In this document: positions 51,400 to 60,498 of the stretch, piece by piece
Numbering within the stretch: the first letter of the stretch is position 1
Layout: each line of letters starts with the position of its first letter
Assembly: GCA_003167415.1 (NCBI GenBank)
Contig: PMTF01000020.1
Location: forward strand, 23,888 to 87,887
Direction: 5' to 3'
Length of the DNA stretch: 64,000 nt
From: Acidimicrobiaceae bacterium
GTDB lineage: Bacteria > Actinomycetota > Acidimicrobiia > Acidimicrobiales > RAAP-2
The notes under the pieces: model-generated
The model's input: the letters and a program-made list of their open reading frames with translations, nothing else
What the model was told of the DNA's origin: nothing
Databases searched by the model: none
Made by a program: the position numbers and the translations under genes

Positions 51400-51666
51400 G
51401 AAAGAACGCTAGGCCGGTCCCCCATTTCGATTGTCAACAAGTTCTCAACAATCGGGCAAAAGTTCCGTGAACGAATAACCCGCGAAGTCACCGGCGCGTG
51501 ACCGTGTGGTCAACGGCGTTGAAGATCCTTGATTATCGTGCCGTGTGCATGCGTGGACTTTCGCGTGGGACGTCCTTCATTTGTTGGTGATTGGGTGGAG
51601 GTGTGATTTCTATCGACGCTTCACACAGGATGTTGGCATCGTTGTGCACAGGAAAACCATCATGCT

Positions 51667-51689
51667 CATTGGCCCGCAAAAGGCCAATG
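51667..51689. promoter_or_regulatory. 8-bp perfect hairpin/palindrome CATTGGCC-cgcaaaa-GGCCAATG in the 430-bp divergent gap
   Basis: Read directly from the sequence; function unknown. Confidence 0.2.
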
Positions 51690-51723
51690 CCAACTGGCCC
51701 AGGGCATACCACCGCGGTAAGCC

Positions 51724-51740
51724 TCTCGACGCCGTCGAGA
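51724..51740. promoter_or_regulatory. 17-bp perfect palindrome TCTCGACG-c-CGTCGAGA, about 90 bp upstream of the deazaflavin-dependent nitroreductase (DDN)-like gene
   Basis: Read directly from the sequence; candidate operator, function unknown. Confidence 0.2.
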
Positions 51741-51828
51741 CCGAGGATTTACTTCGCTTCCTCGCCTCCTAAGGTGCACGTTGGCAGAGCCGTGACGTTC
51801 TGCCTCGAAATGCGAAAAGGAGAGAGTC

Positions 51829-52272
51829 GTGAGCGACGACGAAACAGCAAGCGCCACCAAAGCAGTCAACGACTGGAACACGAACGTCATTGCGGAGTTC
51901 CGATCCCACGAGGGCCAGGTCGGGGGTCAATTCGAGGGTGCGCCCGTTCTGTTGTTACATACCAAAGGCGCTAAGAGCGGACAGGAGCGGGTGAATCCGA
52001 TGATGTACCTCGACTACGAAGGTCGCCGATACATCTTCGCGTCCTACGCCGGGGCCCCTACCAATCCCGATTGGTACCACAACCTGGTGGCCCATCCGAA
52101 GGTGACGGTCGAACTCGGTACCGAGACCTTTGAAGCGACCGCGACGCCGGTCTCGCTCGAGGAGCGAGACCGGATCTACCCGATTCAGGGCCAACGGTAT
52201 CCGGGATTCGCTGAGTACGAGTCGAAGACGACCCGAAAAATACCCGTCGTCGAATTGGTGCGCGTCGGTTAA
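51829..52272 (+). CDS. deazaflavin (F420H2)-dependent nitroreductase-like protein (DDN/DUF385 family)
   Basis: 'NVIAEFR...GG.F.GAPVLLLHTKGAKSGQERVNPMMY...GAPTNPDWYHNL..HP' family pattern. GTG start with an AAAGGAGAG SD. Confidence 0.85.
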   Translation: MSDDETASATKAVNDWNTNVIAEFRSHEGQVGGQFEGAPVLLLHTKGAKSGQERVNPMMYLDYEGRRYIFASYAGAPTNPDWYHNLVAHPKVTVELGTETFEATATPVSLEERDRIYPIQGQRYPGFAEYESKTTRKIPVVELVRVG

Positions 52273-52279
52273 TCGCCCG

Positions 52280-52600
52280 CTACGACGGCGGCGTGCGCCC
52301 GGTCTTGGGATCGTCCCAATGATATTGGGACGCCAGCGAATGCTTCGTCGTCAGACGCCTCTTCGCGGCCTTGCGCGTGGCGAGCAGGCCGAACAGTACG
52401 ACCAAAAGGCCGACCGCCAATAAGACGAACCCGCCGAAGTAGGCGTCGACCACGTGTTGACACGACGCGCTCATGCCGGCCCCGACGAACTTTCCTTCGG
52501 TAGCGTTGCACGCACTGTTTTTACTTTGCTCACTGAAAACCAAGTAGAGACCGACTCCCATGGTGGCCAGTCCCAGCAACTCGAAGAGCCTCTTCAGCAT
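52280..52600 (-). CDS. 106-aa two-TM membrane protein, hypothetical
   Basis: Two hydrophobic segments ('LLGLATMGVGLYLVF' and 'FGGFVLLAVGLLVVLFGLLA') flank a Cys-containing loop. Confidence 0.5.
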   Translation of the reverse strand: MLKRLFELLGLATMGVGLYLVFSEQSKNSACNATEGKFVGAGMSASCQHVVDAYFGGFVLLAVGLLVVLFGLLATRKAAKRRLTTKHSLASQYHWDDPKTGRTPPS

Positions 52601-52726
52601 GAACTCAACATACCCCGGGGCCGAGTCAACCTCACGGAGTGACTCGCCGTTGCCTCCTCGTCGTTCGACGTCGAAGTCTCTTCGAGTACTTTTGGTTCAT
52701 CGCAACGATTCATTCCCGAGAAAACC

Positions 52727-53647
52727 GTGAGTAATACCTCGCACGTTGCGGAACTGCACGACAACATCGTGGCGCACGATTTGACGAAATCATTCGGCGC
52801 GGTACGCGCCGTGCGTGGCCTCGACCTATCGCTCCAACGCGGTTCGACGGTCGCCCTACTCGGACCCAACGGCGCCGGCAAGACCACGACCATCGACATG
52901 CTCATCGGACTGACGAAGCCCGACGCCGGCACGGTCTCACTCTTCGGTCGTACCCCTACGGAGGCCGTCAAGGCCGGAATGATCGGCGCGATGACCCAGA
53001 CCGGGCAGCTCATCGACTACCTCTCGGTTCGTGAAGTGGTGACGATGATGGCCTCTATCTATCCGGCCCCCTTGGACGTTGAGGAGGCCCTTCGGATCTC
53101 GGGCGCCAACGAATTCGCCGATCGCCAAACTCGCAAGCTATCCGGAGGAGAGACCCAGCGCGTTCGCTTCGCCCTCGCGCTGGTGGCCGACGCCGAACTG
53201 CTGGTCCTCGACGAGCCGACGGTGGCGCTGGACGTCGAGGGTCGTCGCGATTTTTGGAGTGCCATGCGCGCCTTCGCCGCTCGGGGCAAGACCGTGGTGT
53301 TCGCCACGCACTACCTCGAGGAGGCCGACGCCTACGCCGATCGAATCGTCCTCATGTCCCGCGGACGAATAGTGGCTGACGGAGCACCGACCGAGATCAA
53401 GGCCACCGTCGGCGGACGGATCATTCGCGCGACCCTGCCCGACGTTGAACTTCTTGCACTTCACGCCCTGCCCGGGGTCACGATGGTCGATCGCAAAGGC
53501 GACGCGATCACCCTGAACTGCTCGAACTCCGACGCAACCCTGCGGGAACTCTTGAGAACCTATCCGTCGGTCCGCGACATCGAGGTCCGAGGCGCGGGTC
53601 TCGAAGAGGCCTTTTTGGAGCTGACCGTGGACGACGAGGCGCCGTGA
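52727..53647 (+). CDS. ABC transporter ATP-binding protein (DrrA-like)
   Basis: Walker A 'GPNGAGKTT', signature 'LSGGETQR' and Walker B 'LLVLDEPT'. Confidence 0.92.
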   Translation: MSNTSHVAELHDNIVAHDLTKSFGAVRAVRGLDLSLQRGSTVALLGPNGAGKTTTIDMLIGLTKPDAGTVSLFGRTPTEAVKAGMIGAMTQTGQLIDYLSVREVVTMMASIYPAPLDVEEALRISGANEFADRQTRKLSGGETQRVRFALALVADAELLVLDEPTVALDVEGRRDFWSAMRAFAARGKTVVFATHYLEEADAYADRIVLMSRGRIVADGAPTEIKATVGGRIIRATLPDVELLALHALPGVTMVDRKGDAITLNCSNSDATLRELLRTYPSVRDIEVRGAGLEEAFLELTVDDEAP

Positions 53648-54372
53648 CCGAATTGACCTATCTCCGTTACGAAGTACTGCGCACGTGGCGGAACCGTCGA
53701 TTTCTCCTCTTCTCTTTGGTCTTTCCCCTCATTCTTTTTCTGGCCATCGCTGGACCCAACAAGCACGTGACTTTCGATCACGTCCCGTTTCCCCTGTACT
53801 ACATGACGGGAATGATCGCCTGGGGCACCATGGTCGCGGTCATCTCGAGTGGCGCCCGCATTGCGGCCGAACGTAACGCCGGTTGGACGAGGCAGTTGCG
53901 AATCACGCCCTTGCCGACGTGGTCGTACTTCAGCGCCAAGATCGTCTGCGGCTACATGATGGCGCTCTTGAGCATGGCGGTGCTCTTCGCCGCGGGCACC
54001 AGCGAAGGCGTGCGACTCGACACGGTCCAGTGGTTTGTCATGATTGGCCTGCTCCTCGTCGGACTGGTTCCCTTCGCCGTCATGGGCATCATGTTCGGCC
54101 ACCTGCTCAAGGTCGACTCGCTCGGTCCGGCCATCGGCGGGGTCACCTCGCTTTTCGCCCTGCTGGGCGGTTCCTACGGCCCGCTGATCCGGGGTGGCTT
54201 TCTGTTGTCCATCGTGAAGTTCCTTCCCTCGTACTGGCTGGTCCAGGCGAGCAAGACCTCGCTGCGCGGAGGCGCCTGGCCGCTCGAGGCTTGGCTCGTC
54301 ATCGTGGTGTGGACGCTGGTCCTTTCTTTCTTAGCCGTTCGCGTGTACGAGCGCGACACCAAACGGGTCTAG
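53644..54372 (+). CDS. ABC-2 type transporter permease
   Basis: 242 aa with six hydrophobic segments. The start overlaps the ATPase stop (GTGA). Confidence 0.83.
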   Translation: MTELTYLRYEVLRTWRNRRFLLFSLVFPLILFLAIAGPNKHVTFDHVPFPLYYMTGMIAWGTMVAVISSGARIAAERNAGWTRQLRITPLPTWSYFSAKIVCGYMMALLSMAVLFAAGTSEGVRLDTVQWFVMIGLLLVGLVPFAVMGIMFGHLLKVDSLGPAIGGVTSLFALLGGSYGPLIRGGFLLSIVKFLPSYWLVQASKTSLRGGAWPLEAWLVIVVWTLVLSFLAVRVYERDTKRV

Positions 54373-54401
54373 ATCACCATGATCTCGTCACAAGAGTTTC
54401 G

Positions 54402-54854
54402 ATGACGGTTCCCACGGTCATCACGTTCTCGCATGATCGAGGCGTCGCGGTCGCGGCTATCGACGCCGTGGCTGGCGGACGCGGGTGGTGCAACGTCTCG
54501 CCCAACGTCGAGGAAGAAATACCCGACATGAAGGTGAACTACTTCGGGTTGCGTCTCAACAAGGGCGTCACGGTCGCCAGCTTCGTGACCGCGGGGGCCC
54601 GTCACGGAACGGTGCCACCGTCGACGCTCGGCGTCCTGCATTCGCGCAGTCGACTCGGTGCGGAGCGAATCGCGGCCTTATTGGCGGGCGCGCCGTTCAC
54701 GGTCCGACAAGATCACAACACCCGAGGTCTACTCCTCGAAGTTCCCGCTAGCACCTCGGCCGAACAGGTCTTGACCGTGATGTGCATGTTCACCGAGTCG
54801 CTCTGCGACTATGACATCACGGGCAGCTGGACCTTGAGTCAGTTCCTTCCCTGA
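54402..54854 (+). CDS. 150-aa orphan protein downstream of the ABC-2 pair
   Basis: ATG at 54402, 29 nt after the permease stop, with high GC3 from that point. The upstream part of ORF 53883.. is an out-of-frame shadow of the permease. Alternative start at 54529. Confidence 0.5.
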   Translation: MTVPTVITFSHDRGVAVAAIDAVAGGRGWCNVSPNVEEEIPDMKVNYFGLRLNKGVTVASFVTAGARHGTVPPSTLGVLHSRSRLGAERIAALLAGAPFTVRQDHNTRGLLLEVPASTSAEQVLTVMCMFTESLCDYDITGSWTLSQFLP

Positions 54855-54866
54855 AGACCGCGCCGA

Positions 54867-55616
54867 CTACGACATCGAATTCACGAAGGCGACGATTGAC
54901 TCGCTGAACTGCGGATCGCGAACCGCGGTCAGATGATTGCCTCGAATCGTCCGAAAGGTGGCCCCGGGAATGCGCTGGGCCAGCGCTTCGGAGGATCCGG
55001 CCAACTGATCGGTGTCCCCGACGAGTACCAACGTGGGCACCGAAATCGCTCCCACGTCGGTCGTCTCGCCCTGACGCGATCGCTGGTTAGCCGCCAGCGC
55101 GAATCGGTCGGCTCCCGTGCTGTCGGCGAAGCGGCGAAAGGCGGCCGCGAGCGGACTGTCGATGCCGTTGGGATTCTCGGTCTCCAGTGCGTCGACAATG
55201 GGCACGGTGTCCAAGGGCCGTTGCTCCCCGCCCCATTCACCGCCCACGCCGCCGAGCACGAGTGAGCGCACCCGCGCGTCACGGGGGGCGAGACGTCCGG
55301 CCACGATCGAACCCATCGAATAGCCCACCACGTCATACCGGTCGAGGGACACGTGATCCATGAGCGTCTGCACGTCGCGGGCCATGGCGTCGTTGGCGTA
55401 GGCATCAGGGTCGTGCGGCTTGGCCGAAGCTCCGTGACCGCGAGCGTCCGGAGCAAGCACGCGCCGATGCGAGTCCACGAGCGCGTCGACCACGCCCGTC
55501 GCCACCCAATTCGAGAAGTGATCGGCGGCGAAGCCGTGGAGGAGTATGACCGGCGCGCCCTCGCCCACGTCGAGGTAGGCGAGGTCCAGGCCGTCAAACG
55601 AAGTGAAGTGTTCCAT
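54867..55616 (-). CDS. alpha/beta-fold hydrolase
   Basis: 'VILLHGF' and the nucleophile elbow 'GYSMGS'. ATG at 55616. Confidence 0.85.
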   Translation of the reverse strand: MEHFTSFDGLDLAYLDVGEGAPVILLHGFAADHFSNWVATGVVDALVDSHRRVLAPDARGHGASAKPHDPDAYANDAMARDVQTLMDHVSLDRYDVVGYSMGSIVAGRLAPRDARVRSLVLGGVGGEWGGEQRPLDTVPIVDALETENPNGIDSPLAAAFRRFADSTGADRFALAANQRSRQGETTDVGAISVPTLVLVGDTDQLAGSSEALAQRIPGATFRTIRGNHLTAVRDPQFSESIVAFVNSMS

Positions 55617-55882
55617 CGATGCCTCCCGCCTATCGATCGATCCAAAGGACACGTCGACACGAACGAATACTTGGCACCCGCGAGTTCGAACCGGTCAACG
55701 CACTACTCACCTAATGCTTACTCCGATTCATCCTCCAACCCTTGGTCCGCCAGCCAACACTTCGCCACGCGCTTCGGGGCCCGAGCGAGCCAGGCGTCGG
55801 ACGCGAGTTCGGACAGCTCGTCGTGGTTAATTTCGGTCAACGCGGGGATACGCAGGAGAATCCAGGGTGTCACACTTGGTGC

Positions 55883-56449
55883 ATGGCGAGCCTCCCGGAT
55901 GAACTTGACGGGGAGAGACTTGTACTGCGTCGCTGGTCGTTAGAGGCCATCGACGACGCGCTAGCGGCCATCGACGACAGTTTCGAGGAGTTGCATGCCT
56001 GGATGTCGTGGGCCGTGACAATGCCGACTCGTGATTCCCTGGTTGCCATCGTGTACGACGGCAACCAGCGCTTCGACTCCGGCGAACGTTGGGCGTACTT
56101 CGTGCGAGAGAAAGCAGGAGGTCGCCTCGTCGGCAGCGCCTCCCTTGGTCGTCGCGGAGGTGACCGTGAACTGGAGATCGGCTACTGGGTTCGATCCGAC
56201 CGAACGGGCCGCGGCTACGCGACTGAGGCAGCGAAGATTCTCACGAGCGCCGCGTTCGACTCCGCTCTCGATGTTGGCACCGTCAAGATTTCAATGGACC
56301 GAGCGAACAACGCAAGCGCCGAGGTGCCGAGAAAGCTGGGATTCACGCCCGACGTCGAGTACGAGCGCGAAGTAATTACCCCTGGCCATTCGGGACGGGG
56401 AATCGCGTGGATTATCAGTCGTGAAGAGTGGCAGTCGATCACGTCGTGA
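55883..56449 (+). CDS. GNAT family N-acetyltransferase (RimJ/RimL-like)
   Basis: 'LVLRRW' and the 'GYWV..DRTGRGYATEA' acetyl-CoA-binding pattern. ATG at 55883. Confidence 0.83.
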   Translation: MASLPDELDGERLVLRRWSLEAIDDALAAIDDSFEELHAWMSWAVTMPTRDSLVAIVYDGNQRFDSGERWAYFVREKAGGRLVGSASLGRRGGDRELEIGYWVRSDRTGRGYATEAAKILTSAAFDSALDVGTVKISMDRANNASAEVPRKLGFTPDVEYEREVITPGHSGRGIAWIISREEWQSITS

Positions 56450-56481
56450 TCGTGCATCGGGAATCTCGACGGATCGGTTCG

Positions 56482-56829
56482 TTACGCCCAACCCAGTTCG
56501 TCGAGTCGGGGATCACTGATGCCAAAGTGGTGGGCGATTTCGTGAATCACCGTTTTACGAACCTGCGCCCTCACGTCGTCCTCGCTGGCGCAGACCTGGC
56601 AGATGGTCGTCTGGTACAACGTGATTCGATCGGGCATCACCGCGTTGTAGCTGGAGAAACCGCGACGAGTCAGCGGTATTCCCTCGTAGAGACCGAAAAG
56701 ATTGCGACCTTTGGCCTCGTCTTCGACGATGATCGCCACGTTGTCCATGTGTGACGAGAGCGATTCGGGGAGTGCCGCCACGGCTTCGGCCGCGAGCTCT
56801 TCGAAACGTTCATTGGAGACCTGGAACAT
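56482..56829 (-). CDS. zincin-like metallopeptidase family protein
   Basis: 'NVAIIVEDE...GLYEG.PL' and the C-terminal 'HEIAHHFG' motif. ATG at 56829. Confidence 0.8.
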   Translation of the reverse strand: MFQVSNERFEELAAEAVAALPESLSSHMDNVAIIVEDEAKGRNLFGLYEGIPLTRRGFSSYNAVMPDRITLYQTTICQVCASEDDVRAQVRKTVIHEIAHHFGISDPRLDELGWA

Positions 56830-56896
56830 CCACGCATCGTACCGGCGTACTGCGGCGTCACCGCCCTCACGATTCGCGTGGCGGCGAGTCAGCCTT

Positions 56897-57430
56897 TCAG
56901 TCGCCGGTGGCACCATCGATTCGCTCGCGAAGCAGATCGGCGTGACCATTGTGTCGCGCGTACTCCTCGATCATGTGCAGGTAGATCCACCGGACATTGC
57001 GCGTCCGCTCGGGATGATGTCCGCGACTCGGTACCACTTCATCGAGTGACAGACTGGCCGTGGCTTCGCGGCAACGTTGACACTCCGCCACGAAGTGCGC
57101 GAGGTCCGCTGACGCGTCGGCCGTTTCAACGTTCAGAAAGTCGGCTTCGGGTTCCTCATCGGTCGCATACGCAAATGCAACGTCTTCGCGAGCGGCGTGG
57201 AGTCGGAACCATCCCCGTTCCACATCGCTCATGTGGCGAACCAGCCCGAGCAGCGACAACAAAGATGGTTCGACCGATCTCGACTTGAGCTGCTCGGTCG
57301 TCAGGCCTTCGCATTTCAATAACAGCGTCGCCCGGTGAAAATCAATCCACTCATCCAATGCTCGCTGTTCTTCCGAGAGCCGACTGGGATATTCGCGCTC
57401 GGGGAGATTACTCGGCCAGGTAACGGTCAT
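56897..57430 (-). CDS. DinB/DUF664 (mycothiol-transferase-like four-helix bundle) family protein
   Basis: 'LDEWIDFHRATLL.KCEGL' and the 'HMIEEYARHNGHADLLRE' family pattern. Confidence 0.8.
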   Translation of the reverse strand: MTVTWPSNLPEREYPSRLSEEQRALDEWIDFHRATLLLKCEGLTTEQLKSRSVEPSLLSLLGLVRHMSDVERGWFRLHAAREDVAFAYATDEEPEADFLNVETADASADLAHFVAECQRCREATASLSLDEVVPSRGHHPERTRNVRWIYLHMIEEYARHNGHADLLRERIDGATGD

Positions 57431-57524
57431 GGCCCGACGCTACCAAGACACCCTGACGTGACTCGACGTCGGATCATGAGGGGCGGTTCGATGACGCGTC
57501 GAGCCGGCGCCACGAATTCGAAGG

Positions 57525-58043
57525 TCAGAACTGATGTCGCGTGTGACTAAACGCTCCCTTGGAGAAAGCGAACACCCGCTCTGGCGTCACCCGAAAGACG
57601 TACACGTCACCATCCAGGACGCGTTCCCCGTCGCGATGATGGAAGCAGCCGGTTCCGACTGCGTACTTCCAACGACCGTCCCATTTGTGCGTCCAGACTT
57701 CGGCGACGCGCGTCAACGTGTCCTGGGACTCGACTCGGGAGGCCACGCCTTCGACCACGACGTCGAGGCCCTTATTCCAATCGTTGCAACCGGTAGTGAG
57801 GATCACGTGCTCGTGGTGACGAAGGTTCACCGCCTTTTGCTCGTCCGGTCCGGTCGAGAAATAGAGTGCGTCGTCGAGCCACACGGCGACGAGTGGGGTG
57901 ACATGAGGTCGACCGTCAGCGCGAACTGTCGTTATCCAAAAGAGCTCTGCCGATTCGATAGCGGAACGAGTGTCGGCCCACGAAGTGGGTTGCGCTCCTT
58001 CGTCACTGAAGCGTTCGTCCACGGTTGTTTTCGGATCACCCAT
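57525..58043 (-). CDS. pyridoxamine 5'-phosphate oxidase (PPOX) family, possibly F420-binding class
   Basis: 'FWITTVRADGRPHVTPL..VW.DDALYFSTG' split-barrel pattern. ATG at 58043. Confidence 0.78.
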   Translation of the reverse strand: MGDPKTTVDERFSDEGAQPTSWADTRSAIESAELFWITTVRADGRPHVTPLVAVWLDDALYFSTGPDEQKAVNLRHHEHVILTTGCNDWNKGLDVVVEGVASRVESQDTLTRVAEVWTHKWDGRWKYAVGTGCFHHRDGERVLDGDVYVFRVTPERVFAFSKGAFSHTRHQF

Positions 58044-58136
58044 GGCATTACTCCTTGTTGAACTGATCGTCGTCAAAGTGAAAGTTAGTAGCGAATCGTA
58101 CGCGTCGCGCTGCGCGCGCGGAGATCGACAGATGCA

Positions 58137-58391
58137 TCAGTGGGCGACTTGGGCGGCGATGAATGCCAACGCCACCACTACGCAAATGATGCGAACGATC
58201 CACAGACCAGTGCGACTCCGCGGTCTTCTTCCCGTCGTCGCACGCCATATCTGCTGTGACATTCCGGCTGGACTGAATGGGTCAGCCTCGAATCCGCTCC
58301 CGGGTTCGGGCCACATCACCGGCGGCGTCGTGTCACTCTTCGGCACCGGGGGATCTCCCGGGCGCCGATGACGCCTCCCTGAACGCTCCAT
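58137..58391 (-). CDS. small tail-anchored membrane ORF, hypothetical
   Basis: C-terminal TM 'LWIVRIICVVVALAFIAAQV' with a Pro/Arg-rich N-terminus. GC3 is moderate and the start is uncertain. Confidence 0.3.
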   Translation of the reverse strand: MERSGRRHRRPGDPPVPKSDTTPPVMWPEPGSGFEADPFSPAGMSQQIWRATTGRRPRSRTGLWIVRIICVVVALAFIAAQVAH

Positions 58392-58635
58392 TACAGAGAC
58401 GTTACGACGTCAGTGGTTGGCCGTTACGCCGTGCTCGGTAGAGGACACGGAGCAAAAAGATCTCTTCGGCGTGATGTTCGACTTCATCGAAGGCGTGCAA
58501 GGCGAGGTCGGTGATATGAGATTCGCCGTACGAACCCCAGTCGGGCTGTGACGTCTCGCCCAATCGACCCGCGTCTCATATTGAACGTCGCCCGCACCAT
58601 CGAAATTTCTTGGGGTTCGGGCTTAAGGTTGGGCA

Positions 58636-59139
58636 ATGGACTTCCCGTCGCCGACTGGACCAGGGAGACCCCGTGACGAAGTCTTCTTGCAGTACCTTGA
58701 CTACTTTCGAGAGCGCGTCATCGAGAAGGTGACGTCGCTCCCCCATGACGCCCTGGTCGTGAGCGTGGTGCCCACCGACTGGACGGCATTGGAATTAGTC
58801 AAACATCTGACGTACGTGGAGATGCGATGGCTGGAGTGGGGTTTCGAGGGCTGCGCGGTCGACCAACCTTGGGGTGACCACGTCGGCGATCGCTGGTGCG
58901 TCAGCCCCGACGACACCCGAGAATCGCTCTTGGAACAGTTACGCGTTCGCGGAGTCCAGACCACGGAGATCGTTCATCGCCACGACCTCGACGAACTGGG
59001 CCAGCCCGGTCCGCGCTGGAGCGGCGCCGAGCCGGCCACGCTCGAACGTGTTCTCTTCCATCTCCTTCAGGAATACGCCCGACACCTCGGTCACCTCGAC
59101 GTCTACACCGAATTGGCCGAAGGCCAACTGGGCGAATAG
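58636..59139 (+). CDS. DinB/DUF664 family protein (second copy)
   Basis: 'YLDYFRERVIEKV' and the 'HLLQEYARHLGHLDVYTE' pattern, parallel to 56897..57430. Confidence 0.8.
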   Translation: MDFPSPTGPGRPRDEVFLQYLDYFRERVIEKVTSLPHDALVVSVVPTDWTALELVKHLTYVEMRWLEWGFEGCAVDQPWGDHVGDRWCVSPDDTRESLLEQLRVRGVQTTEIVHRHDLDELGQPGPRWSGAEPATLERVLFHLLQEYARHLGHLDVYTELAEGQLGE

Positions 59140-59212
59140 TTAGCTGCTCGTACGACCGCAACGAACAACCAATACTGGTACCGCGTTCGCGACAGTCAGT
59201 ATCGTCAGTCCT

Positions 59213-60382
59213 GTGCCCACCTCCCCATCGAAGAAAACGCTCAAGGCGACTCCCTCACCCCGACCCGCCCCACGATCGCCGAAGCCACCACCGACGCCGG
59301 ACGAACTGCGCGCGATCCATCAGCGTTGCACTCGATTCTTGAGCGGTAGTGGTAGTCGCGACGCCGCCACACTGCTCGCGACGATTCCCGCTGACGCGCA
59401 GACCGACGTCTACGGCGAGGGCGGCGTCGTGGCGGAGCTCGAGATGGAAGTGGCCCGTCGACTCGGCAAGGAGTCGGCACTCTTCTTGATTACCGGCACC
59501 ATGGCCCAACAGGCCGTCCTTCGGATCCACGCCGACCGGCGCAATCGCACCGGCGTGGTGTTTCATCCGAAGTGTCACCTCGACGTTCGAGAAGAGCGCG
59601 CCTACGAACGACTTCACGGACTCGTCGCCGTCACCTGTGGTCCGGCGAACAAGCCATTGACGTCGGCGCAACTGGCCACCATTGGCGAACCGGTCGCGGC
59701 GATTCTGATCGAACTGCCCCAACGTGACCTCGGAGGCACCCTCCCCGAGTGGAATGAACTGGTCGCCCAAATCCAGTGGGCTCGTGATCACGGCGCGGCG
59801 GCGCACATGGACGGAGCGCGGCTCTGGGAGGCCGCGCCCTACTACCAGGTCACGGCTTCGAAATCGATGGTCGATATGGCGGACCTGTTCGACACGGTGT
59901 ACGTCTCGTTCTACAAAGGACTCGGCGCAATCGCCGGCTGTTGCGTTGCGGGTGACAAAGAGACCATCGAGGAGTTGAAACTTTGGCGGATCCGCCACGG
60001 CGGGCGCGCCTTCGGACTCTGGCCCTACGCCGCGTCGGCGCTCAGCTCGCTGCGACTCCGTGGCGATCGCTTCAAGGGTTACTACGATCACGCACAAAAG
60101 ATTGCGCGCGTCCTGCAGCGAATCGACGGCATCGAGATCCTCCCCTTTCCGGTCCAGAGCCCGATGATGCACGTGCGCGTGAGCGGACCCGTTGACGCCG
60201 TCCGGGCCCGGATGTTGGACGTAGCCCGCAAAGAAGGAATTTGGATGTTCGGGGGACCCTACGACACCGAAGGGCCGAGGTTACAACGCTTCGAATTCAA
60301 CGTCGGCGACGCCACGATGGAGTTCTCGATCAAAGGGATCGGCCAACTCTTCGAACGGGTGGTGGCGACGACGAGGCGTTGA
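59213..60382 (+). CDS. PLP-dependent threonine-aldolase / beta-eliminating-lyase family protein with Pro-rich N-terminal extension
   Basis: 'DVYGEGGVV..LE', 'GTMAQQ', 'HMDGARLW' and 'VSFYKGLG' (candidate PLP Lys) motifs. Confidence 0.72.
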   Translation: MPTSPSKKTLKATPSPRPAPRSPKPPPTPDELRAIHQRCTRFLSGSGSRDAATLLATIPADAQTDVYGEGGVVAELEMEVARRLGKESALFLITGTMAQQAVLRIHADRRNRTGVVFHPKCHLDVREERAYERLHGLVAVTCGPANKPLTSAQLATIGEPVAAILIELPQRDLGGTLPEWNELVAQIQWARDHGAAAHMDGARLWEAAPYYQVTASKSMVDMADLFDTVYVSFYKGLGAIAGCCVAGDKETIEELKLWRIRHGGRAFGLWPYAASALSSLRLRGDRFKGYYDHAQKIARVLQRIDGIEILPFPVQSPMMHVRVSGPVDAVRARMLDVARKEGIWMFGGPYDTEGPRLQRFEFNVGDATMEFSIKGIGQLFERVVATTRR

Positions 60383-60498
60383 ATTCGTTCCGCAGTTGAA
60401 GTCCTTGCCACGCACAACGTAAGAATCCTGGAATAATCGGCGTGAACTTCGCGACGCCACCGGTATGGTCAAGGAACGCACCATATGAGGAGGGCTTC

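Noticed and set aside
51545-51974. ORFs 51545..51772 and 51591..51974 (+) in the long gap upstream of the DDN-like gene.
   Set aside because: They have no SD and odd composition, and the second overlaps the well-supported DDN-like start. Not convincing as genes.
53883-54401. 5' extension of ORF 53883..54854 across the ABC-2 permease.
   Set aside because: It is an out-of-frame overlap with a well-supported permease. Only the part after the permease stop (from ATG 54402) is retained.
55681-55700. 'GAGTTCGAACCGG' resembling a tRNA T-loop in the hydrolase/GNAT gap.
   Set aside because: The flanking bases do not form a T-stem, and no acceptor or anticodon arms can be folded. It is not a tRNA or a tRNA fragment.
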